IMG/VR virus record: IMGVR_UViG_3300031998_000003
Span: 128,001 to 192,000 of that record
Length of the DNA stretch: 64,000 nt
Direction: 5' to 3' (one strand)
From: a virus
Taxonomy: Duplodnaviria > Caudoviricetes
Positions 1 through 10,807 of the stretch are shown here, piece after piece. Position numbers and translations under genes: made by a program. Below the pieces are notes generated by a model. The model saw only the letters and a program-made list of their open reading frames with translations, was not told where the DNA came from and made no database searches. Each line of letters opens with the position of its first letter. Within the stretch, counting starts at the first letter, position 1.

Positions 1-1993
1 TGAATTCCGTCGGATCCCATGATGGTTCGAACGGGTTTTCGATAAGTGCTGAACTGATATCATCAAACGAAATCACTCGATTCAATGTTTCAGTTTTATC
101 TTCGTTTTTACCGATGTAAACCTTATCACCATACCAGACACCGTCACGTTCCTCATAAGTTATGTGATCAACGTACCACCGTTGTGCACGTACATTATCA
201 GGAACAAGTTCTGATGAATAATCAGCATATGTCGCGTTCGACTTAATCGAAATCTCTCCACCATCAGTGGGATATGTTTGATAATATAGCCATACTGCAA
301 CAGGGTCGCCTTCGTCGCGATATAGTGGGTCTACTTCAAGAACTCCACCATTTTCATCGACACGCTTAATCGAGAGCATCACCGTAGACAAAAATCCGTT
401 ATTAAAACGAATTCTAACACGGCTGTATTTTCCTCCAGCAATGTCTTCAGCTATATATCCGCTACCTTTTTCAACAATGTCAACGCGTTTAATTCGATAG
501 CGTCCGATTTTAATAGTTGTCGGATATGTACGTTCTATACCCGGATCGAATATCAAACCGGCGATTTGTCTACTTTCCTGAACCTCAGGATTGTATGACG
601 GTGTATTATGAATTGCATATACCGACAGGTGTTGCGGTGATGAAGTATCGGTTGTTTCACGAACCCAATCCGGAAGACCTTTCATCTTTTCGATGTCGTG
701 CGGATATCTTGGGAATTGGTCCATATAGTTCTTTGACGAACCAAACCGCATACCAGCGTAACCGACATCAGTAGTTGTATCAGTGAATGGGATCGACTGA
801 TCGAGTTGGGCTCTGAATACAGGAATCAACGGATCTTGTTCCTCAACACCTTCAACCAATGCATTCGAATTGAACGCTGACAGTGGAATGCGATATTGTT
901 CGAGGGATTGATTATACACCCATGCGTCATTCTGGACCATTTTCAGAATATTGACACCATGTTGCGTATTGTCAACTGTAAGCAACGCTGTAGCCTGATC
1001 ATCAGAAGGAGCATATATCACTTTGATATCAGTAATCGGGATATTGAAATCGGCTTCAGTTCCGGTAAATGCAGCACCATCAGCCGAGCAAGCGATGTAG
1101 TAATCATCATTTGATTCAACACCTTGGTCGATTGATACCGGGACATTGAGATATAAAGGTCCAACACACGGATACACATATTGTTCATATTTCGAACCAT
1201 TGTTGTCATATCCCATTGTGAGAACTTTTCCGTATGATGAAGTCTCATTTGGGGTAATGATACATTTTGCACCACGATTGGTTTGATCACAATTAAACCA
1301 AATCAACGGGAGTCCGATCATTTCTGGATCATTGATCAGATCTGTAACAAATTCAGATGCAGTCGGATCATCGTCCGGAGTAATGTGAAATGGCTGCAGG
1401 ACTTCATCCAGTGGATAGAAATAAACCGGGTTGGTAACATTCATTGCAGTCGGATCATCATCTGATGTCTTGAATCCGATCGATACAGAATTCTCATAAG
1501 TTTGTGTATTTGGATTATATATCTCAAGAACAGGCGGTACAAGCGTACAGAGCCATCTGTATGTAAACAAATCACCCTCATCAGTCGAGATCGGGACTGC
1601 CATAATGAAGCAGTCCCGAATTCTCATACGGTAATTGAGGTGTGGTGTATCGGCTGTGGAGTCCGTGTTAATCGATTTCACACGAATCATTTCAAGCCCA
1701 TTCATCTCGGGGATAAACGGGAATACTGAAGTACCGAGTTCCAAAGCATTTGTCAAAGCATCATCGTTGAACTTTGCTTTATTCACCAACTGATCAATCA
1801 TGGGGAGTTTCTCAGTTTCGATGATAATGTCAGATCCAAGGTTGTCGATACGTCCCTGGAAGATATCACCCGTGACTTTGTCTTGAACTTGCTTTGATTT
1901 ATCGGTTTTCTTCAACCAATGTTTGCGTTCCTGATCCATTGTCATAGCCAATGTGCATGAACCAAGATACCACTTGATTTTATTTGGTTTCAA
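1..1993 (-). CDS. Large virion structural protein, runs off the left edge of the window; paralog of 2011-6015
   Basis: Missing from the ORF track because it has no stop in the window. TTG start at 1993 follows GAAAGGTG. The frame was open in every segment I translated by hand. It shares a block with the neighbouring protein (KGLPDWV..VYAIH..RQIAGLIFD vs DGLPEYF..MYAIR..KQTAAIILD). Confidence 0.7.
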   Translation of the reverse strand, partial: MKPNKIKWYLGSCTLAMTMDQERKHWLKKTDKSKQVQDKVTGDIFQGRIDNLGSDIIIETEKLPMIDQLVNKAKFNDDALTNALELGTSVFPFIPEMNGLEMIRVKSINTDSTADTPHLNYRMRIRDCFIMAVPISTDEGDLFTYRWLCTLVPPVLEIYNPNTQTYENSVSIGFKTSDDDPTAMNVTNPVYFYPLDEVLQPFHITPDDDPTASEFVTDLINDPEMIGLPLIWFNCDQTNRGAKCIITPNETSSYGKVLTMGYDNNGSKYEQYVYPCVGPLYLNVPVSIDQGVESNDDYYIACSADGAAFTGTEADFNIPITDIKVIYAPSDDQATALLTVDNTQHGVNILKMVQNDAWVYNQSLEQYRIPLSAFNSNALVEGVEEQDPLIPVFRAQLDQSIPFTDTTTDVGYAGMRFGSSKNYMDQFPRYPHDIEKMKGLPDWVRETTDTSSPQHLSVYAIHNTPSYNPEVQESRQIAGLIFDPGIERTYPTTIKIGRYRIKRVDIVEKGSGYIAEDIAGGKYSRVRIRFNNGFLSTVMLSIKRVDENGGVLEVDPLYRDEGDPVAVWLYYQTYPTDGGEISIKSNATYADYSSELVPDNVRAQRWYVDHITYEERDGVWYGDKVYIGKNEDKTETLNRVISFDDISSALIENPFEPSWDPTEF

Positions 1994-2010
1994 AATATCT
2001 CACACCTTTC

Positions 2011-5000
2011 TCATGTATGATAGTTCCATTCCCATTTATTGTCACGGAATACATATTGTCGTCCATTAATAATCAACAATGTCATTTCAGAAATGTCCAT
2101 AGTACCATCATACATTCTGAATCCATCGAGTGTATTATAATTGAAAGCAGCATTATCGATTCTAAATACATACAATGGGTTGTTTTCATATGATTCCATA
2201 CCAACGTGTGCAGTATCATCATATGTGTCTTTCAGCGGAATAAAGCCACCATATTCAGTGTTTTTATTCAGCTCGTTATAATTGTGACCGGAAACATTGT
2301 CACGATTGGAATAGTACACGAGTTTACCGCTGGCAACATCAGATTCAAATGTTGTTGAAGTAAATGGTTCCGAAACTCGGTATACTTCAGGATCATCGTC
2401 ATGATATACAAGCTGTCCTGAAGTATATGCGGTATTGATGAAATACTGTAAGATCTGAATGTCGGTTATATCGATTTCCGATATCTGTTCAACATCAGTT
2501 ATGTGGTATGGTGCCGTAGGATCTATTATACGAGGTATCTGTGTTATCCGATACATCGGATAATTCATGAACTGTGCTCCGTACAATAGATTTGCATCTG
2601 ATGGATAATCGTCGATCACGCTAATCATGTCACTGAAATTCAGATCAGATCCATAATCACGTGTAATGAATCCACCAAAGTCAGTATATTGATGATTGGA
2701 CCGAGAATGAATATCATACATAAATGGGAATCTGTACTGTTGAGACATCAACAGTGACGCTGTATAGATATTGAATGATGATACATTGAGATTCGTATAC
2801 GATGGGAATTTGGATGTATCGAGCATATCCAATGCAAACTTATATGACAACAAATACGCCTTTGTTGAATCAATTGATACACCGTCTTGTTTCTCAACAA
2901 GACCAAAGAACGCACCAAATTGATTCAACCCCTGATTTGACACAAGTTTACTGAAATCAACTCCTTGACGCAAACCCTCGTAAGTGAATCCAGCTGATGG
3001 ATCATAATCGATCGTTCGATATGTCATTTTAACGTATTTGGCAGGATGATTTACAACGTCCATCATGTCAACATTTACAAACTTCCCATCACTGAGCATA
3101 TGATACATCATTGACGAGAATGCTTTCCGCTTATAAGCAGTATCGGAATCGTCATATACTGGATTCATTTCACCCATGAAGCCTGTTAGTTGAATTCGAT
3201 GATCAACGTCCCACACATCATTTTCATCTGTAATCTCAGATTTGACTTCATTGATGTGTACAGAGTTTGACCAACTGTCACATGAGATTGCATATTGTCC
3301 TTCACGCAGCACATCAGCATATGGAGGTTGTGATTCAGGATTATATGGCATACGTCCATATTGCCAATCATACTGCGGTGGTTTATAATGACTCATGATC
3401 GTATCAGACAATACAAATGTGAATGTCGCACCAGATCCTGAACCAGAAATTGTGTGGGTTGTAAAGGTCGTAGTCTGTCCATCAAAATTCGATAACGGAA
3501 TATCTGGAATCACATCCGTCAGTGTACCATAATCATCATAATTCATTCCGGGATATTTCGTATCCATATGGAATTGATAATCTGTGATCTTACCGTCATT
3601 CACATCAATGACATCGATTTTCAGATACACACCACCAATGTTGAAACCGATTTTGTCACCGATCGAATATCCTGATCCACCATTATCGAGATAATACTTG
3701 CATGATGCATTGTACGGCATTGGTGCCTGTTTTGCAACACGCATAATTTCAGAACTCGGGACTTTGAATACCTGGAAATCCTTATGCTTCCAAAGGAATC
3801 CACCATTGTTACCACGAACATCCGATAGACTAGAGAATGGCATTTGTTTAAGACGATTTACATCTGGATTTCTATTGACAATCAGGTTCTGAACATACGG
3901 GGTATAACCTTCAAGTCCAGTGAATCGAAGTGATGGATTGACATTCCATAGCCGATGAATATCATTCTCGATGATGATATGTTTCTCACCTTGTACATCT
4001 TCCGCAACGATTGCGCGGTTCAGCATAACAGGTGCACCCATACGGATATATTGTGAATCCATCAACAATGTTGGTGATTTACCCTTGACACTCAGTAGTT
4101 GTGTGAATGATGTCGGGATATCACAAATACGAGCTGCCGTTCTTTCGGCTTTTGGATTTCTGGAAGTCTCGTTATTTATGTATGCTGCTGGGTCGTTTGT
4201 GATTAGATAACCTCGACCGGTTTCCAACACTGGATCAAAATCAATATAACCAAGTGAGAAATAACCATTTCCATGATATATGAATCTTGGACACTCTTCA
4301 CGCTCTTCAGACGTACATATCTGATCATCAAGGAATCTGTCATTTGAAAGAAATCTGATATCACTAGGATAATTGTTTACTGATACAATCGCGTCCTCGT
4401 TTGTCACATACTTTGGCTGAATAATGGAATCATTACTTCCTTCAGCGGCATATGTAATAACAATACCCATTCCAGTCAGTTCTTTGATTTCATTTTGTGG
4501 AACCGCGGAATCAAGAATGATTGCAGCAGTTTGTTTGTCCATCGGCTTTTGATTGCGATTATTCGCATCATCACGAATTGCATACATCTCAACATGCGCT
4601 CGATGAATAGTTCTTTCTAAATAGCGTTTGAAGTACTCTGGTAATCCATCGAACTCACCGAGACTGTGGATGACACCGAACTTCTTCGGGACAGAATTAT
4701 CTGAATAATCTGTCGTGTAATCCAGATGAACACCTGATACAAAATGATTCAGATCAGCCTCACGCTTAAAGAAGAATTCTTCAGCAAACTTGATTCGGAG
4801 AACTGGTAGGATTGCTCCAAGTTGTGATGTACTGAACGACTTATCGAATTTGAAGTATGTGAAATAGCCCTGATTCAGAAGGTTTGGATCATATCCATGA
4901 ACACCGTCTTTGATCTTCTGGAATTTATATGGACCCTGATAATAGATGTTATCAACATCTAGCAGACAGATGTGGATGATCTTATCATCCACATCAAATG

Positions 5001-6015
5001 TGATGGTGTGAGATTCAAGTACATCGATACCATCCCATCCATTTGATGGATCTGCATCTTCTGGGATCAATACATATTCAATCTTTGTAATACGAACGCC
5101 TGTGTTGTAGATATATGCTGATTCTTTGTCCTGACAGTCAATGAAACCGCCGTAGATCAGAATATACCAAGTGCCCGAATATTCTGTGGCAGGAAGATTC
5201 GTTTCGCCATAAGCTCCAGCATAAATGAATGAAGAAGCCTGTCCATTTGTTCCGATTGATACAAGTGGATTTCCGTTACGGTCAACATTATCTGTCATTT
5301 TGACTTCTGGAAGCGTAATCAATTCATTTGATGTGAAATACAACCAGGCTAATTCAGGATACGATACCATGTCTTCCGTCAGGAATACGTCTGTGTCTGT
5401 GAATGTAATCAGCTTCTCAGTGATATCATTCTTCGGAAAATAATACTTTGTTGAACCATCTGATCCAGCAATCAGATCTTCTTCAATGAACGGCTCCTCA
5501 CCACCGTCATAATATTTGAGTTTTGGTGGCGTTGTGGTAACATAGAACGTTGTTGGATATACACCGGTATCATAGTCCCATGGTTCTTCTTCTTCAACAC
5601 CATCACCATATCCGTCATGTATCGCACGTGGTATGACAACTTCAGTTACGTCAGAAAACTCGATCTTGTATTGCCAAGCAGGATTTAACACGTTTGGTTT
5701 CGGTGTACACATCCGCATTCCAGTTTGCAAATATGAATCCATATAGTCAGCTGCTTCAACCCTGAAAAGTGATATCAGTGGTCGACTCATATTTACAAAT
5801 GTGCTTGGTAATTTATACATCTTCAATTTCTTTGATTCAAGGAACAATTCTGAACCGAAGTTTTCAGATGTACCAACATATTGCAGAGCATCTGCATCCG
5901 AATAACCAAATTGTCTGGGTGTATGCAGATTGTAGAATCTCTTTGATAGTTGGAGGAACGCACGAAGTGTATCAGGTGAACCCAAAGGAGAATGTGTAAC
6001 CAAACGATCTGCCAT
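2011..6015 (-). CDS. Large virion structural protein (tail fibre or baseplate-like), 1334 aa
   Basis: Long ORF with RBS GAGGAG; NGGSGY/GSGSGATF motifs typical of tail and baseplate proteins; C-terminal YTSGQLVY..VYRV segment resembling a small carbohydrate-binding module. Confidence 0.6.
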   Translation of the reverse strand: MADRLVTHSPLGSPDTLRAFLQLSKRFYNLHTPRQFGYSDADALQYVGTSENFGSELFLESKKLKMYKLPSTFVNMSRPLISLFRVEAADYMDSYLQTGMRMCTPKPNVLNPAWQYKIEFSDVTEVVIPRAIHDGYGDGVEEEEPWDYDTGVYPTTFYVTTTPPKLKYYDGGEEPFIEEDLIAGSDGSTKYYFPKNDITEKLITFTDTDVFLTEDMVSYPELAWLYFTSNELITLPEVKMTDNVDRNGNPLVSIGTNGQASSFIYAGAYGETNLPATEYSGTWYILIYGGFIDCQDKESAYIYNTGVRITKIEYVLIPEDADPSNGWDGIDVLESHTITFDVDDKIIHICLLDVDNIYYQGPYKFQKIKDGVHGYDPNLLNQGYFTYFKFDKSFSTSQLGAILPVLRIKFAEEFFFKREADLNHFVSGVHLDYTTDYSDNSVPKKFGVIHSLGEFDGLPEYFKRYLERTIHRAHVEMYAIRDDANNRNQKPMDKQTAAIILDSAVPQNEIKELTGMGIVITYAAEGSNDSIIQPKYVTNEDAIVSVNNYPSDIRFLSNDRFLDDQICTSEEREECPRFIYHGNGYFSLGYIDFDPVLETGRGYLITNDPAAYINNETSRNPKAERTAARICDIPTSFTQLLSVKGKSPTLLMDSQYIRMGAPVMLNRAIVAEDVQGEKHIIIENDIHRLWNVNPSLRFTGLEGYTPYVQNLIVNRNPDVNRLKQMPFSSLSDVRGNNGGFLWKHKDFQVFKVPSSEIMRVAKQAPMPYNASCKYYLDNGGSGYSIGDKIGFNIGGVYLKIDVIDVNDGKITDYQFHMDTKYPGMNYDDYGTLTDVIPDIPLSNFDGQTTTFTTHTISGSGSGATFTFVLSDTIMSHYKPPQYDWQYGRMPYNPESQPPYADVLREGQYAISCDSWSNSVHINEVKSEITDENDVWDVDHRIQLTGFMGEMNPVYDDSDTAYKRKAFSSMMYHMLSDGKFVNVDMMDVVNHPAKYVKMTYRTIDYDPSAGFTYEGLRQGVDFSKLVSNQGLNQFGAFFGLVEKQDGVSIDSTKAYLLSYKFALDMLDTSKFPSYTNLNVSSFNIYTASLLMSQQYRFPFMYDIHSRSNHQYTDFGGFITRDYGSDLNFSDMISVIDDYPSDANLLYGAQFMNYPMYRITQIPRIIDPTAPYHITDVEQISEIDITDIQILQYFINTAYTSGQLVYHDDDPEVYRVSEPFTSTTFESDVASGKLVYYSNRDNVSGHNYNELNKNTEYGGFIPLKDTYDDTAHVGMESYENNPLYVFRIDNAAFNYNTLDGFRMYDGTMDISEMTLLIINGRQYVFRDNKWEWNYHT

Positions 6016-6128
6016 ATTTCCTCATCTCCTCTTTTTTAATTTTGCATATAGGTATTATTTTTTCGGCGGGGATAGAAACACTTTATTACTATCCATTACA
6101 TCATGCCAAAAGAAAGGAATGATTTAAG

Positions 6129-7769
6129 TTGACTGAGTACGTGATCAAAAACATCAAGAATCCTCTTTCGGGGATAAAGGTAAACCTCGGTACCGATCAG
6201 CCGTTGCATATCTATGCAAAGAAGGGCATTCAGGATATCGAAGTTTTGAACATCTTAGGGTTGTATCGTTGCGACAACACGCCTGCACCATATATTCATG
6301 TCATCAACTGGAAATGGAATCCGCACCCGCGAGCTGAAGAAATTCAGTATCGCCGGCGTGAAACCGGCGACAAATTATCAACAAAAATTATTGGTGATAC
6401 GCGTATCGGTATTCTGGAATTCGATATTCTTTGTGGTAGCCGTGACAAGAATAGGTGTATCATTTCCGAGGTCGTTCACAATAAGTTGTATGTTCCGATT
6501 GCAGATGAGCATGGAAACTACCTGATCGAAAACAAACTGTATTCGGAATATCAAATGGTTGATAAACTCCTTTATCCGTCTGGTAAAGATGCTTTCACTG
6601 TTAAATCACTCCTTCCTGTTGTGATTCAATATGATGATTCCACAGAGACGTCAGTGGATGGTTATGTCATTCAGGCTAAAATCGGTATGGTGAAAATTTT
6701 CACAACGATGGAACCGATTTTGGCATGCTTTATGCACATTCCTTCACCGCTGATATACCTCGGCGTGTACCCAATCTTACAGTTCAGTGACCATATCATC
6801 CAGGCAGAAAAGGACCGTTATGAGTATTTCCAGCCCATCGAAGGGCGTGAAATTTACATCAAAGCATACCGTAAGGGTCTTGAACAATTCCGGTTTGTTC
6901 GGTCAATTGTTGTCATGGCAATGTCACTGATCCGAAAGTATTCTCCGGAAGATATTGATCAGCTTCGTAATCCGGCATGGTGGATTTACCAGTTGTCATA
7001 CTATGATAATATCATTGAGCATCGTGGTGCATGTTATGAAATGCATGTTGCCAGAATGCTTGATACGATTTCGGCGAATATTCTTCCGATTTATGAAATC
7101 GACAAATATACAATGATCGCACTGTTGAGATACGTCCTTCAGACAGACTTTGAAAACGTGAACATCTACTCATATGAGAATAAACGTCTTCGCCTGAATG
7201 AGGTTATCTCAACAATCGTGACAGCTGATGTATCCAGTAAGCTGAAGAGAATGTTCCGTTATGGAAAGCTTCTGAAAATGTCAGATCAGCAACCGTCTGT
7301 GAAGTTCCGTCCCGAAATGATTCTGAAGAATCTGTACAAGACTGGAACGATCCATGTGACTGATTTTACGAATGATCTTGATTATCCACAACAGCTACGC
7401 TGGACTAAGAAAGGGCCGAATTCGCTTGGTCGTGTGGATACACACAAGATCAACTTCATGCATCGTCAACTGCATCCGTCTGTTATCGGAAAGATTGATC
7501 TATTGGATTCATCCAAGGATGTTGGTCAATCCGGCATGATTTCTCCTTGGGCAGATGTATCGACAATCTATAATATCAATGAAGCCGATCTCAGTAAATA
7601 CACGAACATCCGTTATGATCTGTTTGATTTCATTCGTAAAGAGTTCCCAGAGCCTGATTTGATTTTCAATGTACATTCTGCAAAGGAATATAATCAGTTG
7701 CTCGACAGACTTGTTATTAGCACATATATGCGGCTTGACTTTGGTCATCATGATACGTCGGAGGCATAA
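6129..7769 (+). CDS. Multisubunit RNA polymerase beta N-terminal subunit (non-virion type, phiKZ gp123-like)
   Basis: RWTKKGPNSLG and HPSVIGKIDLLDSSKDVGQSGMISP match beta motifs RRxSALGPGGL and [21 protein letters not shown]; 546 aa fits the short non-virion beta-N. Confidence 0.85.
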   Translation: MTEYVIKNIKNPLSGIKVNLGTDQPLHIYAKKGIQDIEVLNILGLYRCDNTPAPYIHVINWKWNPHPRAEEIQYRRRETGDKLSTKIIGDTRIGILEFDILCGSRDKNRCIISEVVHNKLYVPIADEHGNYLIENKLYSEYQMVDKLLYPSGKDAFTVKSLLPVVIQYDDSTETSVDGYVIQAKIGMVKIFTTMEPILACFMHIPSPLIYLGVYPILQFSDHIIQAEKDRYEYFQPIEGREIYIKAYRKGLEQFRFVRSIVVMAMSLIRKYSPEDIDQLRNPAWWIYQLSYYDNIIEHRGACYEMHVARMLDTISANILPIYEIDKYTMIALLRYVLQTDFENVNIYSYENKRLRLNEVISTIVTADVSSKLKRMFRYGKLLKMSDQQPSVKFRPEMILKNLYKTGTIHVTDFTNDLDYPQQLRWTKKGPNSLGRVDTHKINFMHRQLHPSVIGKIDLLDSSKDVGQSGMISPWADVSTIYNINEADLSKYTNIRYDLFDFIRKEFPEPDLIFNVHSAKEYNQLLDRLVISTYMRLDFGHHDTSEA

Positions 7770-7772
7770 TGA

Positions 7773-8318
7773 ATGAAGATAAATTATTCACTCTTTCGAG
7801 GGAGTGTTAACAAGAATCTGAGTATACTATATGTATATCGATTCGAACCCGCCGGTGATTTTGCCACAATAAAAGAACGTCCAAATGGCAGTGTTTCAAT
7901 CTATCCAGCATTCGGCATATCTGTATCAAATGGATATGAGCGTGACAGTGTCTACATCACGTCAAGTCAGTACTTTGCTTTCACATCATTGCTTGAGAAA
8001 AGCGTTAAGTTGATTTCTGAACATTTGTATGAGTTGTTTCCAAATGTTGATCGTGCTGAATTTGAAATCGACGGAAAAATGCTTGACCGTTTTCAGACAG
8101 AAAAAGCGGTTTCGAGTGATGGAATCACAATGATCCCTGCAGTATGGGTAAACTCTGAAACAAACCAATGTCATCCCGGATTGAAGATAGAGACTTTGAA
8201 ATACGGCAGCATTTGTATCCCGTTACAGGATGCTATTCCGGCAGCAAAGATGTTTGAAACATTTGATCCACATTTGTTTGGCGTTTCAATGCTGCGGGTG
8301 TGTGGAAGAATTCAATAA
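7773..8318 (+). CDS. Hypothetical protein, 181 aa
   Basis: ORF directly after the RNAP gene and followed by a terminator. Confidence 0.7.
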   Translation: MKINYSLFRGSVNKNLSILYVYRFEPAGDFATIKERPNGSVSIYPAFGISVSNGYERDSVYITSSQYFAFTSLLEKSVKLISEHLYELFPNVDRAEFEIDGKMLDRFQTEKAVSSDGITMIPAVWVNSETNQCHPGLKIETLKYGSICIPLQDAIPAAKMFETFDPHLFGVSMLRVCGRIQ

Positions 8319-8321
8319 TGG

Positions 8322-8356
8322 AAATATGGAGGCGCATGTGCGCCTCCATATTTTTT
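8322..8356 (+). terminator. Intrinsic terminator
   Basis: AAATATGGAGGCGCA-TG-TGCGCCTCCATATTT followed by a T tract. Confidence 0.85.
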
Positions 8357-8371
8357 CTATTATTTTAAATC

Positions 8372-8399
8372 TCTATCTATATATTATTAATGTGAATAA
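8372..8399 (+). promoter_or_regulatory. Early-type promoter; 28 nt identical to 28793-28820 on the minus strand
   Basis: TCTATCTATATATTATTAATGTGAATAA occurs twice, each time ahead of small accessory genes. Confidence 0.75.
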
Positions 8400-8509
8400 G
8401 GAATAAGCATCACCCCTGTTGAAACTTATTCCGGGTAGTAAATTTTCTATGCCGCCCTGACATCGATGGTTCCTGTAGCCGATAAGTACAGGAGAAAACG
8501 GAGGCTATT

Positions 8510-8731
8510 ATGAAAAACACAACATCTACAATCACGAGAGCTGAGAAAAAGTTCCAGAGAGCTCTTGCAAGAGCTGAGAGAGCTGAAGCTCGTTATGAGC
8601 GCAGAATCGAGCGCAAAGCTGAAAGAGCTGTGGCGAAAGCTGAGAGAGCATACCAGCGACTCGCCAAGAAAGCTTTCAAGGAATCCGAGACCATTGAGGA
8701 TTATGCAACGATCCTCCTTCAGAATTTCTGA
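8510..8731 (+). CDS. Small basic R/A/E/K-rich helical protein
   Basis: RBS GGAGG; repeated AERA/KAERA. Confidence 0.75.
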   Translation: MKNTTSTITRAEKKFQRALARAERAEARYERRIERKAERAVAKAERAYQRLAKKAFKESETIEDYATILLQNF

Positions 8732-8778
8732 AGCCTGAACTATTCTGTACGACTAATCATAATGAGGAGGTTATTACA

Positions 8779-9012
8779 ATGATGAACAATGCTAACGAGC
8801 TGCTGCTTGAGCTCAAAGACACATGCCCTGTCAACACCACTAATACCGCTGATAAAAAAGAGGATCGCGCAGCAAAAAGATATCAGCGTGCAAAAACACG
8901 GGCACTCAACAAAGTTGCTCGCAAAGAGCGGCGTGCTAACAGAAAAATTGCGCGGGTTGAAGCTCGATACGAAAAACAGCTTCAGCGCACGCTGGAGAAA
9001 TTTGCGAGCTGA
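8779..9012 (+). CDS. Small basic helical protein, probable paralog of 8510-8731
   Basis: RBS GAGGAGG; shares EARYE and K[KR][FY]QRA. Confidence 0.75.
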   Translation: MMNNANELLLELKDTCPVNTTNTADKKEDRAAKRYQRAKTRALNKVARKERRANRKIARVEARYEKQLQRTLEKFAS

Positions 9013-9021
9013 ATGATGCTA

Positions 9022-9066
9022 AAAGAAGGGTGGCCAACACGGCCACCCTTCTTTCTTCTTTTTTTT
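9022..9066. terminator. Bidirectional intrinsic terminator
   Basis: AAAGAAGGGTGGCC-AACAC-GGCCACCCTTCTTT plus a T tract, between convergent genes. Confidence 0.85.
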
Positions 9067-10754
9067 TACATTAATTCGGTTCCGAGGAATCTGTTGGCAA
9101 CACGATAGAAATCGGATGTAACTGCGTCACCGATATTCTTCAACAGGTTCTTGCCGGATGACGCTGCCAGGATACGTTTTGTCATCAATCTCATAGATGC
9201 ATTTGGTTTATATTTATCAACACCACAGCACTGTGCGATATAATCAAACATCGTATGATTATTCAGCATCAGTGATGGTTTGTCCATAGGTGTTGTAACC
9301 ATAACATGCATTAGATCCTTAACTGATATCTGAACATCAACAGACATAGGATACCCATAAACAGAAATATCATTTCCATCAACGTTCTTTGTGATTGACA
9401 GAGAATCAACGATACCAAGGCGTGTTCCCCATAAACCAGGAACGTTACATTGTACAAGTGGTGGATATGTATATGCTGCACCGGAGTTCTTCGACATCTG
9501 TGGCAATGCCAATCCGAGAGCAAAGAACATCGGTACAAGTATCTCGGTAAAGTATGAATAAGGATCTCCCCCGGATGCACGAAGCTTCACGGTGAATGAT
9601 AATGACGAACTGTTCGATTGGTGATCAGAGAATATCTCTGGATAGATCGTGTGGTCACCAATAAAAGAACGTGACATACTAGATGCAACAGCTGCTGTGA
9701 AGCGACCAATACCACCAGTCAAAGCTGTCATAACTTTTTCGGCAGCATTGATCGCATCTCCAGCAATGTTTACAACCAGGTCGTCAACTTGATTTTGAGA
9801 TGAGGATGTGATGAACGCAATTTCTTTACCAATTGCATCGCCTGCATTAATAACGGATGAATATATCTGTGATTGTGTCGTATTGTTTGTGTAGCTCTCC
9901 GTCACACTCTTAGGATCCGTCATGAATGTAACATAGTTATCTGTCTCACCGTTCTGTTCGACTTTTTCGTTTGACATTGCAGAATCTGTTGTGATCCATT
10001 TGTATTTGTTCCAAATGTCATATTCATTGATCTTCGGATATGTATCACCGATTCGGACAGATGCGTTTGTGAGACCGAGCATAACTGCCGCAGCACTACA
10101 CATCATTGTGACATTATTGATATAAGAATGCCAGTCACTTTCAAATGTGTAGAATGGTTGCTGAACAGATAATGATGTCAAGAGATACGCTGATATATCC
10201 CCAAGCATACTCGTATAATTCTTCAAACTATCGTCTTTCAGAACAAGTGTATCAGGATCGATATCAGCGAAGTCAGTTCCCATTGTAGATGCTTTTGCAG
10301 TTTCATATTTACCATCATCATTTGTCAAAGCTTCTTCATAAGCTTTCATAAGTGCTGCAGTGTTTGCCTGTGTTGCAGCATTTCCTCCAGTACCAACTGA
10401 TGAGTCACCGTATTTACTCATTGCAGTTGTATATTGCATGACAACACGGATTGCATTCCACAATGATGACATACCACCGGTAAACATTGCATGGCCAACA
10501 CAAAAGTTTACGACCTGTGCATCACGAAGAACGTGTCGTAAATAAAAGTCACCAACGGCACCATCACCGCCTTTTATGTCAGATTCACTTTTGTCCGAGA
10601 TCCATCTCATATCATTCAATGTTGTCAATTGAGGTGGTGAACCAAACAACCTTGGTGAGTAGGTTGATAGCAGGGGACTGCGCTGTGAAATATCATTCGT
10701 GCTTCCATCATCAGAAGTTTTTTCTGAAATACCTGGAATCAGATAACTGCTCAT
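9066..10754 (-). CDS. Virion structural protein, probably baseplate or tail-tube-cap fold
   Basis: RBS AAGGAGG; C-terminal YPPLVQCNVPG..GIVDSLSITK..GYPMSVDVQISVKDL resembles T4 gp48-like tube-fold proteins. Confidence 0.55.
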   Translation of the reverse strand: MSSYLIPGISEKTSDDGSTNDISQRSPLLSTYSPRLFGSPPQLTTLNDMRWISDKSESDIKGGDGAVGDFYLRHVLRDAQVVNFCVGHAMFTGGMSSLWNAIRVVMQYTTAMSKYGDSSVGTGGNAATQANTAALMKAYEEALTNDDGKYETAKASTMGTDFADIDPDTLVLKDDSLKNYTSMLGDISAYLLTSLSVQQPFYTFESDWHSYINNVTMMCSAAAVMLGLTNASVRIGDTYPKINEYDIWNKYKWITTDSAMSNEKVEQNGETDNYVTFMTDPKSVTESYTNNTTQSQIYSSVINAGDAIGKEIAFITSSSQNQVDDLVVNIAGDAINAAEKVMTALTGGIGRFTAAVASSMSRSFIGDHTIYPEIFSDHQSNSSSLSFTVKLRASGGDPYSYFTEILVPMFFALGLALPQMSKNSGAAYTYPPLVQCNVPGLWGTRLGIVDSLSITKNVDGNDISVYGYPMSVDVQISVKDLMHVMVTTPMDKPSLMLNNHTMFDYIAQCCGVDKYKPNASMRLMTKRILAASSGKNLLKNIGDAVTSDFYRVANRFLGTELM

Positions 10755-10807
10755 TAGTATCCCTCCTTAAGGATTGTATTAATTTTGGGTATGAAAGGAT
10801 GTTACAT

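Noticed and set aside
10487-10807. N-terminal extension of the 362-aa ORF (likewise 32701-32847)
   Set aside because: Overlaps another gene, and a better RBS and start lie downstream.
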